From Opitutia bacterium (GTDB lineage Bacteria > Verrucomicrobiota > Verrucomicrobiia > Opitutales > Opitutaceae), in NCBI GenBank assembly GCA_947478395.1, contig CANJVR010000001.1:192001-256000 (forward strand): a DNA stretch of 64,000 nt, written 5' to 3'. Position numbers and translations under genes: made by a program. Positions 20,731 to 32,607 of the stretch are shown here, piece by piece; position 1 is the first letter of the stretch; each line of letters opens with the position of its first letter. The notes under the pieces are model-generated. The model ran no database searches. It saw nothing but the letters and a program-made list of their open reading frames with translations, and was not told the origin of the DNA.

Positions 20731-20786
20731 CTCCCATTTCGCGCCTTTATCCGGGCGCACCCTCCCTGTTTTTCGTTCAATTTTTC

Positions 20787-22751
20787 ATGGAAATTCCTCC
20801 CAGCCACGACGACTCCGCGTCGTCCGCCCAGCCCGATTCGACGGGCGGCAAAACCAAGAAGACGGTGCGTCCCCGCGCCAGCGCCCGCGCTCCCCGCAAG
20901 CCGAAGGCCGCCAAGTCAGACGCTGCCTCTGAAGCGCCTGCTGGCCAGCCGGCTTCCGCCCGCGAACCCGACGCGCCCCGTCAGACGGAGATTTTTCAAC
21001 CCGAACCGCCTGCGCCCCGCGCTTCATTTTCTCCGGACCCGAGCGCTTCGCGTGAAAACAATGCCCCGGCCGATCAGGGCAGCAGCTCCGGCCCTGCCGG
21101 CGATGGCCCGAATCACGACAGTGCCGCTCAGGATCACGGTGGTGGTGGTGGGAGTGGCGAAGGAAACTTCCAAGGCGGCGGCCAGCCCCAACACCGCGGC
21201 GGTGGTGGGGGTCATGGCGGTGGCGGCGGTCAGGGCGAGTGGCAGGACCGCAACGCTTGGAAGCGCAACAAGCGCAAGCGTGGGCGCCATGGCGGCGGCC
21301 CGTGGCAACCCAATGGTCCGGGTCCCAGTGCCGGCGGCGGTGGTGGTGGCGCCCCCAGCGCCCCGTTGCATCCGCCCCAACCTCCCCCACCCAGCGCGCC
21401 GAAACATTTTGGCGACTTGCCGAATCCCGCGCGATTCTCCGATCTCACCGCGCTGGCCGCGACCGCCCAGGATATTTCATCCGGCGGCGGCGAACCAGTC
21501 GTGTTGGAAAAACTCTACGCGCTGAGTCTCGCCGATCTCACCGCTTACACGCGGGCCCAAGGTATCGCTTTCGAGGGCGCACCCACCCGAAAACAATTTC
21601 AGGCGATGATCTTCGCGGCCGCCACCGCGGCCAAACGCCCGATTCTCGATCGCGGCTACATCGATATCAACGATCTCGGCGCCTTCATCGTCCACGAGCA
21701 GGGCAACTACCGGCTTTACTCAGACGACGCCTTTCTCCCCGAGACGTTGATCGCCCGCTACGGCCTCAAACGCGGGCACCAAGTTGAAGTCCAGGTCCAA
21801 GCCCCGCTCCCCGGCGAACGCTGCCCGTCAGTGGTGCGCATCGATAAAGTCATGGGCATGGCGCCGGGCGACATCGCGAACGTCGTGCCGTTTGAGGAGC
21901 TCGTGCCTTACTACCCGTTGAAACGCATCCTGCTCGAAGATGCCGAGGTCGTGAAGGACGTCTCGATGCGCGCGATCGATATCCTGACCCCGATCGGCTT
22001 TGGCCAGCGCGCGCTCATCGTCGCACCGCCGCGCACGGGCAAAACTGTGTTGCTGCAAAATATCGCGAACTCGATCTCGGCGAACAGCCCCGACGTAAAG
22101 CTCATCCTGCTGCTCATCGACGAACGCCCCGAGGAGGTCACAGATTTCCGCCGCCACACGAAAGGGGAAGTCGTTTCCTCGACCTTCGACGAAACGCCCG
22201 AGAGCCACGTTCACTGCGCCGAAATGGTCGGTGAAAAAGCCCGCCGCCTCGTCGAGCAAGGCCAGCATGTCGTCATCCTTCTCGACTCGATCACGCGTCT
22301 CGCCCGCGCCTACAACGCCCTGACGGGCAACGCCGGAAAAACGATGTCGGGCGGTCTCGAATCAAACGCGCTGCAAAAGCCGAAACGTTTCTTCGGCGCC
22401 GCGCGCAACATCGAGGGCGCCGGCAGTCTCACGATCATCGCCACCGCGCTGATCGACACCGGCTCGCGCATGGACGAGATCATCTTCGAGGAATTCAAGG
22501 GCACCGGTAATTGCGAGGTGCATCTGGACCGCGGCCTGGTCGAGCGCCGGATTTTCCCCGCGATCAACATCGACCGCTCCGGCACGCGCAAGGAAGAGCT
22601 CATTTATCACCCCGAGGAATTGCAGCGCATCTTTGGCCTGCGCCGCGCGATGCAGGGCCTCGGCCCGATCGAATCGATGGAAATGCTGATCACCCGGCTC
22701 AAGAAGACGAAGTCCAACGCCGAGTTCCTCCTCAGCCTGAGCCGGCAGTAA
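20787..22751 (+). CDS. rho: Transcription termination factor Rho with long low-complexity N-terminal region
   Basis: PIGFGQRALIVAPPRTGKT, LIDERPEEVTD, LDSITRLARAYN, EEFKGTGNCE. Confidence 0.95.
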   Translation: MEIPPSHDDSASSAQPDSTGGKTKKTVRPRASARAPRKPKAAKSDAASEAPAGQPASAREPDAPRQTEIFQPEPPAPRASFSPDPSASRENNAPADQGSSSGPAGDGPNHDSAAQDHGGGGGSGEGNFQGGGQPQHRGGGGGHGGGGGQGEWQDRNAWKRNKRKRGRHGGGPWQPNGPGPSAGGGGGGAPSAPLHPPQPPPPSAPKHFGDLPNPARFSDLTALAATAQDISSGGGEPVVLEKLYALSLADLTAYTRAQGIAFEGAPTRKQFQAMIFAAATAAKRPILDRGYIDINDLGAFIVHEQGNYRLYSDDAFLPETLIARYGLKRGHQVEVQVQAPLPGERCPSVVRIDKVMGMAPGDIANVVPFEELVPYYPLKRILLEDAEVVKDVSMRAIDILTPIGFGQRALIVAPPRTGKTVLLQNIANSISANSPDVKLILLLIDERPEEVTDFRRHTKGEVVSSTFDETPESHVHCAEMVGEKARRLVEQGQHVVILLDSITRLARAYNALTGNAGKTMSGGLESNALQKPKRFFGAARNIEGAGSLTIIATALIDTGSRMDEIIFEEFKGTGNCEVHLDRGLVERRIFPAINIDRSGTRKEELIYHPEELQRIFGLRRAMQGLGPIESMEMLITRLKKTKSNAEFLLSLSRQ

Positions 22752-22764
22752 ACCACCCCGCCCG

Positions 22765-24537
22765 ATGTCCTCGTCACCGACCCGTTCCGCGCTTTCCGCC
22801 AAGACGGGCGGAGCCGACGATTTCATCGTCCAGCTGGCGCTCAGCAAAGGCCTGCTCACCGAGCAACAAATCGCCCACGCCCGGAGCATCGCCGCCACCC
22901 ACGACGATCTCACGGTGCCGGCACGGCGGCTGTTCGATGTGCTGGTGGACGCAGCGCTCATCGACGCCCAACGCGTCGCGGCCCTGCTGGCCGAGGAGTT
23001 CGGCATGCCGCTCGCGCCGGACCTCGCCGCGCTCCGCGTCCCCGGCGATGTCCTGGGCCTCGTGCCCCGCGAACTCGCCGCCCACTATCACCTGCTGCCC
23101 TTCGCGCACGACGGTCGCACGCTTCGGGTCGCAGTGGCCGATCCCTTGGATAGCGACGGCATCGACAGCCTCGGCCACATGCTGAAGCTCACCATCGAGC
23201 CGCATGTCGCCACGGCGGCCGACATCGCCGCCGCGATCGACCGTTTCTACGGAAAAGACGCGGGCTCGATCGACGAGCTGCTCAATAATCTCTCCGCCGC
23301 CGGCAATGGCGGCCCGGCCGCCACCACGACCGCGAGCAGCGCCGGCGACATCAGCGACACCGAGGCCGATGCGCCCGTGGTGAAACTCGTCCACACCATT
23401 ATTCTCGAGGCGATCCAGCGCCGCGCTTCCGACATTCACCTCGAGCCGTTGGAGAAACGTTTCCGCGTGCGCTACCGCATCGACGGCGTGCTCCTCGAAG
23501 TTGAAAATCCGCCGAAGCGACTCCAGCTCGCGATGATCTCCCGCCTGAAAATCATGGCGAACATCAGCATCGCGGAGAAACGCATCCCGCAGGACGGCCG
23601 CATCCAGATCGTCATGAACGGCCGTCAGCTCGACCTGCGCGTGTCGTCGCTGCCCACCGCCCACGGCGAGAGCATCGTGATGCGCATCCTCGACAAGGAA
23701 GGCCTGCAACTCGGCCTGCCCGAACTCGGTTTTTTCAGCGACGACCAGCAAACCCTCGAGCGCCTCATCGCCCTGCCCGACGGCATCGTACTCGTGACGG
23801 GACCGACCGGCTCCGGCAAGACCACCACGCTCTACAGCTGCCTCCACGTCATCAACAAACCCGACCGCAAGATCATCACCGTCGAGGATCCGGTCGAGTA
23901 TCAGCTCAACGGCATCAACCAGGTCCCGGTGCGCGCGGAAGTCGGCCTCACCTTCGCCGCCGCGCTGCGGGCGATGCTCCGGCAGGCGCCGAATATCGTG
24001 ATGATCGGCGAAATCCGCGACCTCGAGACGGCGGAGATCGCCATCAACGCCTCGCTCACGGGCCACATGGTATTCTCCACGTTGCACACGAACGACGCGC
24101 CCAGCGCCGTCACCCGCCTCATCGACATCGGCGTGAAACCGTTCCTTGTTTCCACCGCGCTCCGCGCGACGATGGCGCAGCGCCTCGTGCGCAAAATCTG
24201 TGCGAAGTGCCGCCAGCCCTACACACCCGAACCGCACGAACTGCGCGCGCTCGAACTCAACGCATCCCAGATCGCCACCGCAAATTTCTCCCGCGGCGCC
24301 GGTTGTGCGGCCTGCAACGGCACCGGTTTTCGCGGCCGCCTCAGCATCGTCGAGATTTTCTCCGTCAACGAAGAGCTCCAGCGCATGATCTATGATCACG
24401 CCGGGTCCGCCAAACTCCGCGAAAAAGCCCGCGCCCTCGGCATGCGCACGATGCGCGAAGATGGCGCCCGCAAAGTCATCGCCGGTCTCACGACGTTCGA
24501 GGAAGTCGTCTCGATCACCGTGGGGGACGCAAGCTGA
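22765..24537 (+). CDS. Type IV pilus/T2SS assembly ATPase (PilB/GspE)
   Basis: [42 protein letters not shown], CxxC pairs. Confidence 0.92.
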   Translation: MSSSPTRSALSAKTGGADDFIVQLALSKGLLTEQQIAHARSIAATHDDLTVPARRLFDVLVDAALIDAQRVAALLAEEFGMPLAPDLAALRVPGDVLGLVPRELAAHYHLLPFAHDGRTLRVAVADPLDSDGIDSLGHMLKLTIEPHVATAADIAAAIDRFYGKDAGSIDELLNNLSAAGNGGPAATTTASSAGDISDTEADAPVVKLVHTIILEAIQRRASDIHLEPLEKRFRVRYRIDGVLLEVENPPKRLQLAMISRLKIMANISIAEKRIPQDGRIQIVMNGRQLDLRVSSLPTAHGESIVMRILDKEGLQLGLPELGFFSDDQQTLERLIALPDGIVLVTGPTGSGKTTTLYSCLHVINKPDRKIITVEDPVEYQLNGINQVPVRAEVGLTFAAALRAMLRQAPNIVMIGEIRDLETAEIAINASLTGHMVFSTLHTNDAPSAVTRLIDIGVKPFLVSTALRATMAQRLVRKICAKCRQPYTPEPHELRALELNASQIATANFSRGAGCAACNGTGFRGRLSIVEIFSVNEELQRMIYDHAGSAKLREKARALGMRTMREDGARKVIAGLTTFEEVVSITVGDAS

Positions 24538-24572
24538 CCGGCATCGCCCACGTTCGTCCGACCGCCTTCACC

Positions 24573-25655
24573 GTGCCCTACGAAATGAACGATCTGCTCG
24601 AACTCGTCGTCGAGCAAAACGCGTCCGATCTCCACTTGCAGGTCGGCCAGCCGCCTACGCTGCGGCTCAGCGGCAGCATGACCCCCATCGACGGGCCGGA
24701 TCTCACGCCGGCCGACACCGAGCTGCTCATGCAGGCGATCACGCCGGACAATCACATCAGCGCCGTGAAGCTGAATGGCGGCACCGATTTCGGTTTCGCG
24801 TTCGGCGCGAAAGCCCGGTTCCGCGTTTCCGTGCTGCGCTCGAAGGGTTACTACGGCTTGGTCCTCCGCCAGATTCCCTGCAAAATGTTCGGCCTGCGCG
24901 ACATTGGCCTGCCCGACAAGATCCGCGAACTGCTTTACCGTCCGCGCGGCCTGATTCTCGTCACGGGCCCGACCGGCTCCGGCAAATCCACCACGCTCGC
25001 CTCGATGGTGAACTACATCAACGAGCACCGCGAAGGTCACATCATCACGATCGAGGACCCGATCGAGTATTACCATCCGCACAAACGCTGCATCGTGACG
25101 CAGCGGGAAGTGCACGTCGATGTGCCGAGCTTTTCGGAGGCGATCCGCCGCGCGCTTCGCCAGGACCCGGACATCATCCTGGTCGGTGAAATGCGCGACC
25201 TCGAAACCATCGAGGCCGCGATCAGCGCCGCCGAGACCGGCCACTTGGTCTTCGGTACGCTACACACGAACAGCGCGGCCAAGACCGTCGACCGCATCGT
25301 CGACGCGTTTCCGGCGAGCAGAAAGGACCTGATTCGTACCCAGCTTGCGTCGTCGCTGATCGCGGTCGTTTCCCAGGTGCTCTGCAAGAAAATCGGCGGC
25401 GGGCGCATCGCGGGCTACGAAATCATGGTCACCACGACCTCGATCGCCGCGCTCATTCGCGAAAACAAAACCTTTCGCATCACGTCGGATATTCAGACGG
25501 GTGCCAACCTCGGCATGATCACGATGGACACGCATCTGATGAGCCTCGTGAACCGCAAACTCATCTCACCCGACGAGGCCCTGGAAAAAGCGCAGGACCC
25601 GCTCGTGATGCGTGAAAAGCTCCTCGCGAGCGGCGCGCAGTTACGGGAATTATGA
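24573..25655 (+). CDS. pilT: Type IV pilus retraction ATPase
   Basis: [43 protein letters not shown]. Confidence 0.9.
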   Translation: MPYEMNDLLELVVEQNASDLHLQVGQPPTLRLSGSMTPIDGPDLTPADTELLMQAITPDNHISAVKLNGGTDFGFAFGAKARFRVSVLRSKGYYGLVLRQIPCKMFGLRDIGLPDKIRELLYRPRGLILVTGPTGSGKSTTLASMVNYINEHREGHIITIEDPIEYYHPHKRCIVTQREVHVDVPSFSEAIRRALRQDPDIILVGEMRDLETIEAAISAAETGHLVFGTLHTNSAAKTVDRIVDAFPASRKDLIRTQLASSLIAVVSQVLCKKIGGGRIAGYEIMVTTTSIAALIRENKTFRITSDIQTGANLGMITMDTHLMSLVNRKLISPDEALEKAQDPLVMREKLLASGAQLREL

Positions 25656-25756
25656 TCGCACCGCGCGGAGAAACCCAAAGCTGCATCCTTCTGCTATAAG
25701 CTAGCCCAAGCACACCGAGCCATTCTTGCTATCGAAAAGTCAGTCGGTCCCACCCC

Positions 25757-27448
25757 ATGTTCCCCACCCACAGCCCGGCCATCTACGAGTTTTTGCGCGA
25801 CCACCGGCTCGTCGACCGGGAACAACTCGACGCGCTCAACGAGGAACACAAGGCCACGGGCAAGCCGCTCGCCGACGTCGTGGTCGATCTCGGTCTCATC
25901 GAAAAGCCGGCGTTGCTGACGAAGATCGCCGACCATCTCGGCTTCGACTATCTGCCCGACATGCCCGGCCAGTTTCCCGGTGACGCGATCGCTGCGCTGA
26001 CCGGCAAGCTCGCGCGCGATTACGCCGTGATGCCGTTTCGCGCCGACGCCGGCACGATCGACCTGCTCGCTGCGGACCCGTTTAACAGCCATCTCATCGA
26101 CGATCTCACTTTTGCGCTGGGCCGGAGCGTTCGCCTGTTTCTCGCCGACCCCGACAAGATCGACGTCCAGATCAAGCAGCACTACGGCGAGGACGACGCC
26201 AGCATGGACGAGCTGCTCCACGAGATCAGCACCGGCGAGTTTACGCAGGACGAAAGCAAACTCTCTGAGCACGACATCGAGACGATGGCGGAGCAGACGC
26301 CGATCATCCGCTTCGTTAATCTCGTCCTCGGGCAAGCGATCCGCGACAAGGCGAGCGACATCCATTTCGAGCCCTTCGAACACGAATTCAAAATCCGCTA
26401 CCGCATCGATGGCGCGCTCTACGAAATGGCGCCGCCGCCGCGTCCGCTCGCGCTGCCGATCACTTCGCGCATCAAGGTTCTCGCCAACCTCAACATTTCT
26501 GAGCGTCGCATCCCGCAGGATGGCCGCATCAAGATCACCCTCGCCGGCCGTCAGGTCGATTTGCGCGTCTCCACCCTGCCGACGCAGTTCGGCGAGAGCG
26601 TCGTGCTTCGCGTCCTCGATCAATCGGCCGTGCAACTCGACATCACGCAACTCGGTCTGCCGCCCGACGTGTTCGCGGGTTTGAACGAGATCGTCCGCCG
26701 GCCCAACGGTATTTTTATCGTCACGGGCCCCACCGGCTCGGGCAAAACGACGACGCTCTACAGCGGACTCCGCGTCATCAATACGCCCGATCTGAAAATT
26801 CTCACCGCCGAGGATCCCGTGGAATACGAGATCGAGGGCCTCATGCAGGTCCCGGTAAATCCGCTCGTCGGGCTCACGTTCGCCTCGGCCTTACGGTCGT
26901 TTCTCCGGCAGGATCCCGATGTGATCATGGTCGGTGAAATCCGCGATCTCGAGACGGCGCAGATTTCCATCCAAGCCTCGCTCACCGGCCATCTCGTGCT
27001 GTCCACGCTGCACACCAATGACGCCGCCGGCGCGGTCACGCGCCTGATCGACATGGGCGTCGAGCCCTTCCTCATCGCTTCCACGCTGGAAGCCGTGCTC
27101 GCCCAGCGCCTCGTGCGCCGCATCTGCCCGCAATGCAAGACCAGCTACGAACCGCCCGACTCCCTGCTCGCCCCGCTCGGCCTCACGCGAACGACCCTCG
27201 GCGACCGGCATTTTTCCTTCGGTCGTGGCTGCGGCCACTGCAATCAAACCGGCTATAAAGGCCGGCTCGGCATTTACGAATGGCTGCGGTTGACCGAAGC
27301 CATCCGCGACCTCGTCGTGGCGCGCGCCTCCACCCTCGTGATTCGGCAAAAGGCGCTGGAGGAGGGCATGCGCACCCTCCGCGACGACGGTCTGCGCGCG
27401 ATCTTCGACGGCCAAACCACGATCGAGGAAGTGATCAAATACACCTGA
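25757..27448 (+). CDS. Second PilB/GspE ATPase
   Basis: [37 protein letters not shown]. Confidence 0.92.
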   Translation: MFPTHSPAIYEFLRDHRLVDREQLDALNEEHKATGKPLADVVVDLGLIEKPALLTKIADHLGFDYLPDMPGQFPGDAIAALTGKLARDYAVMPFRADAGTIDLLAADPFNSHLIDDLTFALGRSVRLFLADPDKIDVQIKQHYGEDDASMDELLHEISTGEFTQDESKLSEHDIETMAEQTPIIRFVNLVLGQAIRDKASDIHFEPFEHEFKIRYRIDGALYEMAPPPRPLALPITSRIKVLANLNISERRIPQDGRIKITLAGRQVDLRVSTLPTQFGESVVLRVLDQSAVQLDITQLGLPPDVFAGLNEIVRRPNGIFIVTGPTGSGKTTTLYSGLRVINTPDLKILTAEDPVEYEIEGLMQVPVNPLVGLTFASALRSFLRQDPDVIMVGEIRDLETAQISIQASLTGHLVLSTLHTNDAAGAVTRLIDMGVEPFLIASTLEAVLAQRLVRRICPQCKTSYEPPDSLLAPLGLTRTTLGDRHFSFGRGCGHCNQTGYKGRLGIYEWLRLTEAIRDLVVARASTLVIRQKALEEGMRTLRDDGLRAIFDGQTTIEEVIKYT

Positions 27449-27468
27449 TCTGGCCCGAACCATCTCCC

Positions 27469-28653
27469 ATGCCCGCCGCATCCAAACTTACCCTCGGTGC
27501 CAAACCCGCGCCGGCCGGCCCAACCTCCCGGCCCGGGTCTCCGTCCACCGCAAGCGTCGGCAAGGTCGGCGCCACACCCGCGAAGAAATCCCGCGGCATC
27601 ATCATCGGACGCGCCATCAACAGCAAAGGCATCACCCTGTTCACCCGGCAGCTCGCGACCTTGGTCAAGGCCGGCATGCCCATCCTGCGGAGCCTGGAAG
27701 TCCTCGCGCGCCAGGAAAAACGCCCGGCGTTCAAAATCGTGCTCGATGAAATCGCCGATGCGATTCGTTCCGGCGGCAATTTCTCCGACGGTCTAGCGGC
27801 ACATCCGAAGCTCTTCGACCGGCTCTACGTCAACATGGTAAAGGCCGGCGAAGCGGGCGGCGTGCTTACCACGGTGCTGGAGCGGCTCGCGGTGTTCAGC
27901 GAAAAATCCGAGCGCATCAAGGGCAAGGTGAAGTCGGCCATGATCTACCCGATCATCATCACTTTCGTCGCCGTCACGATCGTTTCGATCTTGATGGTTT
28001 TCGTGGTGCCGAAATTCCAGGAGATCTTCACCGGCCTGCTCAAAGGCCAGCCGCTGCCGACGCTCACCCAAATCCTGCTCACGGTGAGTTATTTCATGCG
28101 CGATCATTTCATCATGACGATTGCGCTGCTCGTGGGACTCTATTTTGGGCTCGGTCTTTTTCGCCGCACGCGCACCGGTGCCCGCTGGTTTGATTCCGCC
28201 CTGATTCGCATGCCGATGCTCGGGGATTTATTTTTGAAGGCCGCCATCGCCCGGTTCACCCGGACTTTCGGCACCCTGCTCGCCAGCGGCGTGCCCATTC
28301 TTCAGGCCTTGGTCATCACGCGCGATACGAGCGGCAACGTCCACGTGGCCAACGCGCTCAACGTCGTGCACGACCGCGTGAAGGAAGGCGACAACGTCGC
28401 TAAGCCGCTCGAATCCACCGCGGTATTCCCCGGCATGGTGACCAGCATGATCGAGGTCGGCGAGGAAACCGGCGAATTGTCCGAAATGCTCACGCGCATC
28501 GCCGACAGCTACGACGAGGAAGTCGATAACGCGGTCGCCGGCCTGACCTCGATCATCGAGCCGGTGATGATCGTCTTCATGGCCGTGATGGTGGGCGGGA
28601 TCGTGATCGCGCTGTTCCTGCCGCTCGTGAGCATCATCCAGCACTTACAGTAA
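27469..28653 (+). CDS. pilC: Type IV pilus platform protein PilC/GspF
   Basis: FTRQLATL, MVKAGEAGG, SAMIYP, VGEETG, IIEPVMI. Confidence 0.9.
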   Translation: MPAASKLTLGAKPAPAGPTSRPGSPSTASVGKVGATPAKKSRGIIIGRAINSKGITLFTRQLATLVKAGMPILRSLEVLARQEKRPAFKIVLDEIADAIRSGGNFSDGLAAHPKLFDRLYVNMVKAGEAGGVLTTVLERLAVFSEKSERIKGKVKSAMIYPIIITFVAVTIVSILMVFVVPKFQEIFTGLLKGQPLPTLTQILLTVSYFMRDHFIMTIALLVGLYFGLGLFRRTRTGARWFDSALIRMPMLGDLFLKAAIARFTRTFGTLLASGVPILQALVITRDTSGNVHVANALNVVHDRVKEGDNVAKPLESTAVFPGMVTSMIEVGEETGELSEMLTRIADSYDEEVDNAVAGLTSIIEPVMIVFMAVMVGGIVIALFLPLVSIIQHLQ

Positions 28654-28834
28654 ACTCGGCCCACCTGCGTCGCTGGTGGTCTCGACCCAAATCCTCGCTC
28701 TCCCGCCCAACCAAACGAACCCGCCTCACCGGCCGCACCGCGCCAGTGTTTTAGCTCTTTTGCTTCAAACGTTAAATTTGGATAGCGCCGGATGGCCCTT
28801 CGCGCGCGATCGACTGCTCGGCCGCCGTATACCC

Positions 28835-29791
28835 ATGAAATCATTCTTCGCCTTCCTCATTTCTTCCCTCGGGCTTTTATTCGTGATGACGGCCGGGCAG
28901 ACGCCTGCTTCAGCGGGCGAGCTCAGCGAGATTCTTCATTTTTCCCTGCTACCAAAAGCGCTGCAAAAAAATCCCCGTCTGGAACTGACGGCCATCTGCG
29001 AGATGACCGATGACGGCCGAAAACTGCCCATCGTGACGAAGGATCGTCCCACCTACTACGTCCTGTCTTCGAACGGTAATCGCCAAGCGGGAGAAAATTA
29101 CGCGCATGAAAAAGTGATGCCCCAAGCCGGGGTCGCGCGCCTGCTCGAAAAGGCCCTCGCGGCCAATGGCTTTCTTCCGGCGGCGCCGGGCAAACTGCCC
29201 ACCGTTGTGATTTACTACACCTGGGGCTCGCACAATACGCTCGAAGAAAACGACTATGAAAATCCGGTGCATACCGACACCGAGATCGCCCGCAATCTCC
29301 TCGACCGCGCTTACCTGGTTGGCGGCGCGAAACTGGTGCGGGAGCTGCGCCAAGTGATCCAGGAAACAGAGGATATCAGCCTCATGACCACCCCGGCGCT
29401 GGCCACCGGTGGCGAACAGCCGATGCAGCCGGCGGCGTACGCGCTGATCAACCCCCTCAATCGCTTTCGCATGCATGGCGCGAAAAACGAGTTCATGATC
29501 AGCCAGTGCGGCAACAACGTGTATTACGTCGTGGCTTCCGCCTACGATCTCGCGTCAATCGCTTCAAAAAAACGCGTGCTCCTCTGGCGCACCCAGATGA
29601 CGGTCGGTTCCAACGGCCTCTCCCAGTCGCAGTCGTTTCCCGCTTTGGTCGCGTCCGCTGCGCCTTTTTTCGGCCGCGATATGACGGACCCGGAAATCAT
29701 CGTCCGCCATGTGGTGGACGACGGTCAGGTCACGGTCGGCCACGCCGTCGTCGTCCCGGACGCCACGGGCGCGACACCCACGAAGAAATAA
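28835..29791 (+). CDS. Exported hypothetical protein, paralog A
   Basis: Signal peptide; clear full-length similarity to next gene. Confidence 0.75.
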   Translation: MKSFFAFLISSLGLLFVMTAGQTPASAGELSEILHFSLLPKALQKNPRLELTAICEMTDDGRKLPIVTKDRPTYYVLSSNGNRQAGENYAHEKVMPQAGVARLLEKALAANGFLPAAPGKLPTVVIYYTWGSHNTLEENDYENPVHTDTEIARNLLDRAYLVGGAKLVRELRQVIQETEDISLMTTPALATGGEQPMQPAAYALINPLNRFRMHGAKNEFMISQCGNNVYYVVASAYDLASIASKKRVLLWRTQMTVGSNGLSQSQSFPALVASAAPFFGRDMTDPEIIVRHVVDDGQVTVGHAVVVPDATGATPTKK

Positions 29792-30077
29792 ATCGCCGGG
29801 CGCTTCCAAAAAGCGCGTCCAGAACGCGCTTTCTCGTTTGTCATGGTAAGCGCAGCGCGGTGGGCGGGGTGCCCACAATTGTCATTGGCCGCTCCGGCGA
29901 AAGCGGCGCGGTCACCCCGAGGCTCAGGATGACAAACCGTATTCAGCCCGGCCCCACTTCGCCCGCGCCTTTTAAGGCCCCCAGTTCATCGTGAGCGTCA
30001 TCCGGCTTGCAGTACGGCCACGGCGAATATCCTCCCCACGAAGCTCGGGTTTCCGAGCATTTCATCCCCCAGCGCCC

Positions 30078-31061
30078 ATGAAACCTCTTTTGATCTCCGG
30101 CCTTCTCGCGCTGGCGCTAACTGCGATCGCCCGGGCCGAATCGTCGCCGCCTGCCGCCGACACGAAGCAGCCGGACCCCGGCCAGCATTGGATTTTTGCC
30201 CTGCTGCCAAAAACGTTTCAGAAAAATCCCAAGCTAGAACTCACCGCGATTACAGAGATGACCGCGAACGGTCGGAAGCTGCCGGTCGTCACCCCAGAGC
30301 ATCCCGCATACTACGTTCTTTCCTCAAACGGCTATCACCAACAGGGGGAAACCAGCAGCCGGGAAAAGCCCATGGCGCAAACCGATGTGGCCCGGCTGCT
30401 CGAAAAAGCGCTGGCCGCCAACGGCTATCATCCGGGCGAACCAGGCAAGCCTCCCACGCTCGTGATCTATTATACGTGGGGCACGCACAACACGCTTGAA
30501 GAAGCGGACGAAGATAATCCGGTCCACTCCGGCGCAGAAATTGCGCGCAATCTCCTCGATCGCGCCGCGCTCGTCGGCGGCGAGAAATTCGCGCGCGAGG
30601 TGCTGCGGGTGATTCGTGAAACCGACGACATGAATACCGCCGCGATGGCCTCAATGGGGAGCGGCGGCCAGCCGCCGATTTCCCCCGAGATGTTCGCGTT
30701 CTCGAATCCGCTTAATCTCTTCCGCCTGCACAGCGCGAAAAACGATCTCATGATCAACCAGTCCGCGAACAACGTGTACTACGTCGTGGCCTCCGCTTAC
30801 GACCTCGCGACCCTGGCGGAAAAAAAGCTGCTGCTGTGGCGCACCCGGATGACCGTTTCCTCCAACGGCCTTGCGCAAGAACAGTCGGTGCCCGCCATGA
30901 TCGCCACCGCGGCGCCTTTCTTTGGGCGCGACATGACGGAGCCGGAGATTGTCGTGCGCCGCGTGCTGAACGAGACCAACATCAAAATCGGTGAAGCCGT
31001 CGTGGTGCCCGATGCGACGAGCGGCTCGCCCACGAGCCCGCCGCGGCCCGCGCAGAAATGA
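30078..31061 (+). CDS. Exported hypothetical protein, paralog B
   Basis: Signal peptide; shares LLPK.QKNP.LELTAI, YYTWG.HN, YYVVASAYD, LLWRT.MTV, APFFGRDMT. Confidence 0.75.
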   Translation: MKPLLISGLLALALTAIARAESSPPAADTKQPDPGQHWIFALLPKTFQKNPKLELTAITEMTANGRKLPVVTPEHPAYYVLSSNGYHQQGETSSREKPMAQTDVARLLEKALAANGYHPGEPGKPPTLVIYYTWGTHNTLEEADEDNPVHSGAEIARNLLDRAALVGGEKFAREVLRVIRETDDMNTAAMASMGSGGQPPISPEMFAFSNPLNLFRLHSAKNDLMINQSANNVYYVVASAYDLATLAEKKLLLWRTRMTVSSNGLAQEQSVPAMIATAAPFFGRDMTEPEIVVRRVLNETNIKIGEAVVVPDATSGSPTSPPRPAQK

Positions 31062-31298
31062 CGAGTGTAGGCCCCGAAGCCTCTGCCCTCGCGCGCGTCC
31101 CGCCATTGCGATACGGCAAGCCAAGTACGGCTCGACCGGAAAAGAAATTAGCCCTCCCCGCGAGGGCACTCGAAACGGAGTTCCCGGCATGCTCGCGGCT
31201 CGTCCCGAGCTACCGGTTAACGCCCCTCCTCCATCGCTCCTGCGTCGGATGCTTTGGAGGATGGCCAAAACGCGAACGTCGACTATGTCTGACGTCGA

Positions 31299-32600
31299 AT
31301 GAGCGCACGGCCCGATATTTTGTGGATCATCACGACGCAATGGCGGGCGTCGGCCACCGGCTACGCAGGCGATCCTAATGCCGTCACGCCCTGCCTCGAT
31401 GCGCTCGCGGCTCAAAGCGTGAACTTCGCGCAGGCCGTCACGCCGCATCCGTTTGGCCCGTTCGCCCGCGCCTCGCTCCTGACCGGCGTGCATTCGCCGC
31501 AGAATGGCGTGCGGGATTATTTTGATCCGCTGCCGCTCAAAGCCCGGACCATCGCCCATGATTTGAACGCTTGCGGCTACACCACCGCGTTTTTTGGAAA
31601 ATGGCATCTGGCGCGGCGCGATCCGGCGGCGGCTTTGGTCGGCGAGGCTCACGCCCGAACAATCGTGCCGCCAGCGGCGCGAGGTGGATTCGAACATTGG
31701 GAAGGATTCGAGAGCGGATTCCTGCTCAACGATCCGTGGCTCCACGGCACGCGCTTGGAAACGCCCCAGCCATTCGCCGGCTACCAAAGCGACGTGGTTT
31801 GTTCGCGCGCCGCCGAGTGGCTCCGGGAGCTCAAGGCGGCACCGTCTTCAACGCCCAAAGTTTCCACCTCAACCGCCGCTGCGGCGCCCTGGTTTGCCAC
31901 GATCAGCTTGGAGAGCCCGCATCCACCGTACGATGCTCCCGCCGCTGGCATCGCCGCGCGGCCGGCCGCAGCGATCGTCCTGCCCGCCAACGTACCGCGC
32001 GGCGCCGAAGTCGAGGCCCGCGCCCGGCGGGAACTCGCCGGATATTATGCACACATCACGGCGACCGACCGCGCCCTCGGACGTCTCGTGGCCGCGCTCG
32101 ACGACGAGGCCGTCCTCCGGGGCCGCCCCGCACCGGTCGTGGTGTTCACGTCCGTTCACGGCGACATGCACGGTGCGCATGGTTATTTTCGGAAAGGCTG
32201 GCCGTACGAGGAAAGTGTGCGCGTGCCATTGTTAGTGCGGGAGACGAAACCGCCGGGCGTGCGGTGCGGCATTTCGAGTTCGGCGTTGGTTTCACTGGTG
32301 GATCTGCCGGCGATGACCCGGGCGTGGGCCGGGCACCCAAACGCCCAAACTCCGGCCGCGGAACCCGAAACGGACATGCGCCGCATTTCCATGCCGTCGG
32401 TCGTCGCGCTGCCGCATCAGTGCGATCGCATCTGGCGCGGCCACCGCAGCGCGGCGCGAAAACTCATTCTCGATGAGCGGGGCGAGCCCTGGCTGTTTTT
32501 TGATTTGAAAGAGGACCCGCTCGAAACGCGAAACCTCGCCAACGATCCGGCGTACCGCGCCGAAATTCAAAGCGGACGCGCACGAATTCTAGCCGGGTAA
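31299..32600 (+). CDS. Sulfatase-fold protein lacking canonical catalytic residues
   Basis: RPDILWI, RASLLTG, FGKWHL, PHPPY, YEESVRVPL, FDLKEDPLE. Confidence 0.8.
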   Translation: MSARPDILWIITTQWRASATGYAGDPNAVTPCLDALAAQSVNFAQAVTPHPFGPFARASLLTGVHSPQNGVRDYFDPLPLKARTIAHDLNACGYTTAFFGKWHLARRDPAAALVGEAHARTIVPPAARGGFEHWEGFESGFLLNDPWLHGTRLETPQPFAGYQSDVVCSRAAEWLRELKAAPSSTPKVSTSTAAAAPWFATISLESPHPPYDAPAAGIAARPAAAIVLPANVPRGAEVEARARRELAGYYAHITATDRALGRLVAALDDEAVLRGRPAPVVVFTSVHGDMHGAHGYFRKGWPYEESVRVPLLVRETKPPGVRCGISSSALVSLVDLPAMTRAWAGHPNAQTPAAEPETDMRRISMPSVVALPHQCDRIWRGHRSAARKLILDERGEPWLFFDLKEDPLETRNLANDPAYRAEIQSGRARILAG

Positions 32601-32607
32601 ACGGGGA

